53,747 nt of DNA from Candidatus Velthaea sp. (GTDB lineage: Bacteria; Vulcanimicrobiota; Vulcanimicrobiia; Vulcanimicrobiales; Vulcanimicrobiaceae), in assembly GCA_050012475.1 (NCBI GenBank), contig JBEKHC010000024.1:1-53747 (forward strand). The letters are read 5' to 3'. A program made the position numbers and the translations under genes. This document shows, one piece after another, positions 53,253-53,747 of the stretch; positions within the stretch are counted from its first letter, which is position 1; the number at the start of each line of letters is the position of its first letter. Below the pieces are notes generated by a model, which ran no database searches, was not told the origin of the DNA, and was given only the letters and a program-made list of their open reading frames with translations.

Positions 53253-53747
53253 CCTATCTCGTGCGACATCCGCTGGAGGTCGCGGCCCTCACCGGGCAGC
53301 ACGTGCTGCTGACCTTCGGTTCGCTGGCGATCGCGCTGCTGATCGCCTTGCCGCTCGGCGTGGTCGTCGCGCGCGACACGCGCTTCGGCGGTCCGCTCCT
53401 AGCGGTATTGGGGATCATCTACACGATTCCGAGTCTGGCGCTGTTGGCATTTCTGGTGCGTTTTCTCGGCCTCGGCACGTTTTCGGCGATCGTCGCCCTG
53501 GTGGCCTACGCCCAAATGATCCTGGTGCGCAACATCGCGGCCGGCTTGCGCGGCGTCGATCGGGCCCAGCTCGAAGCCGCCGACGGCCTGGGCTTTACGC
53601 CGCTGCAGCGACTGCTGCGCGTGGAGTTTCCCCAAGCGCTGCCCACGATCGTGGGCGGCATCCGGATCGCCACGGTTTCGCTCAACGCCGTGGCGACCGT
53701 CGCCTCGTACATCCACGCGGGCGGCCTGGGCGATCTGCTCTTCGACG
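53249..53747 (+). CDS. ABC transporter permease (partial, runs off the window)
   Basis: GTG overlaps the ATPase stop. Reads TYLVRHPLEV...YTIPSLALL...EAADGLG...AGGLG with no stop before the window end. Confidence 0.88.
   Translation, partial: MTYLVRHPLEVAALTGQHVLLTFGSLAIALLIALPLGVVVARDTRFGGPLLAVLGIIYTIPSLALLAFLVRFLGLGTFSAIVALVAYAQMILVRNIAAGLRGVDRAQLEAADGLGFTPLQRLLRVEFPQALPTIVGGIRIATVSLNAVATVASYIHAGGLGDLLFD

Overview
GC-rich bacterial chromosomal segment. The Pro/Thr-linker lipoprotein, the Cys-looped TonB-receptor-like protein and several small secreted proteins suggest a soil lineage such as Eremiobacterota/Vulcanimicrobiota; this is an inference and was not tested. The first ~21.5 kb is a large alpha-glucan/trehalose region: glgB, glgX, glgA with a heptad-repeat tail, an Hsp70-ATPase/DUF2934-like fusion coupled to a stand-alone GH13, mmuM, a GT4 glycosyltransferase, a second glgB, a treS-maltokinase fusion and a GH13-GlgE double-domain fusion. 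It is followed by acnA, a LEA-like repeat protein, rnd, a DedA/VTT protein, a frameshifted secreted-protein gene, rpiB, several hydrolases, metY, a Met-rich secreted protein, a glycosyltransferase/radical SAM/epimerase operon, an acyl-CoA synthetase, bolA-grxD, a TonB-dependent-receptor-like gene, an EVE protein, ppk1 and an osmoprotectant-type ABC transporter cut by the window end. No rRNA, tRNA, CRISPR array or transposase was seen. Two elements not explained by the ORF track stand out. (1) Upstream of metY lies an apparently complete ribosome-mediated attenuator: a leaderless 23-aa Met/Cys-rich peptide, a 12-bp antiterminator and an overlapping intrinsic terminator. (2) At 27.06-27.35 kb a ~285-nt unit bounded by a promoter and a terminator carries two copies of a structured motif, each of which also reads as SD plus a micro-ORF M[T/S]PQDPP.
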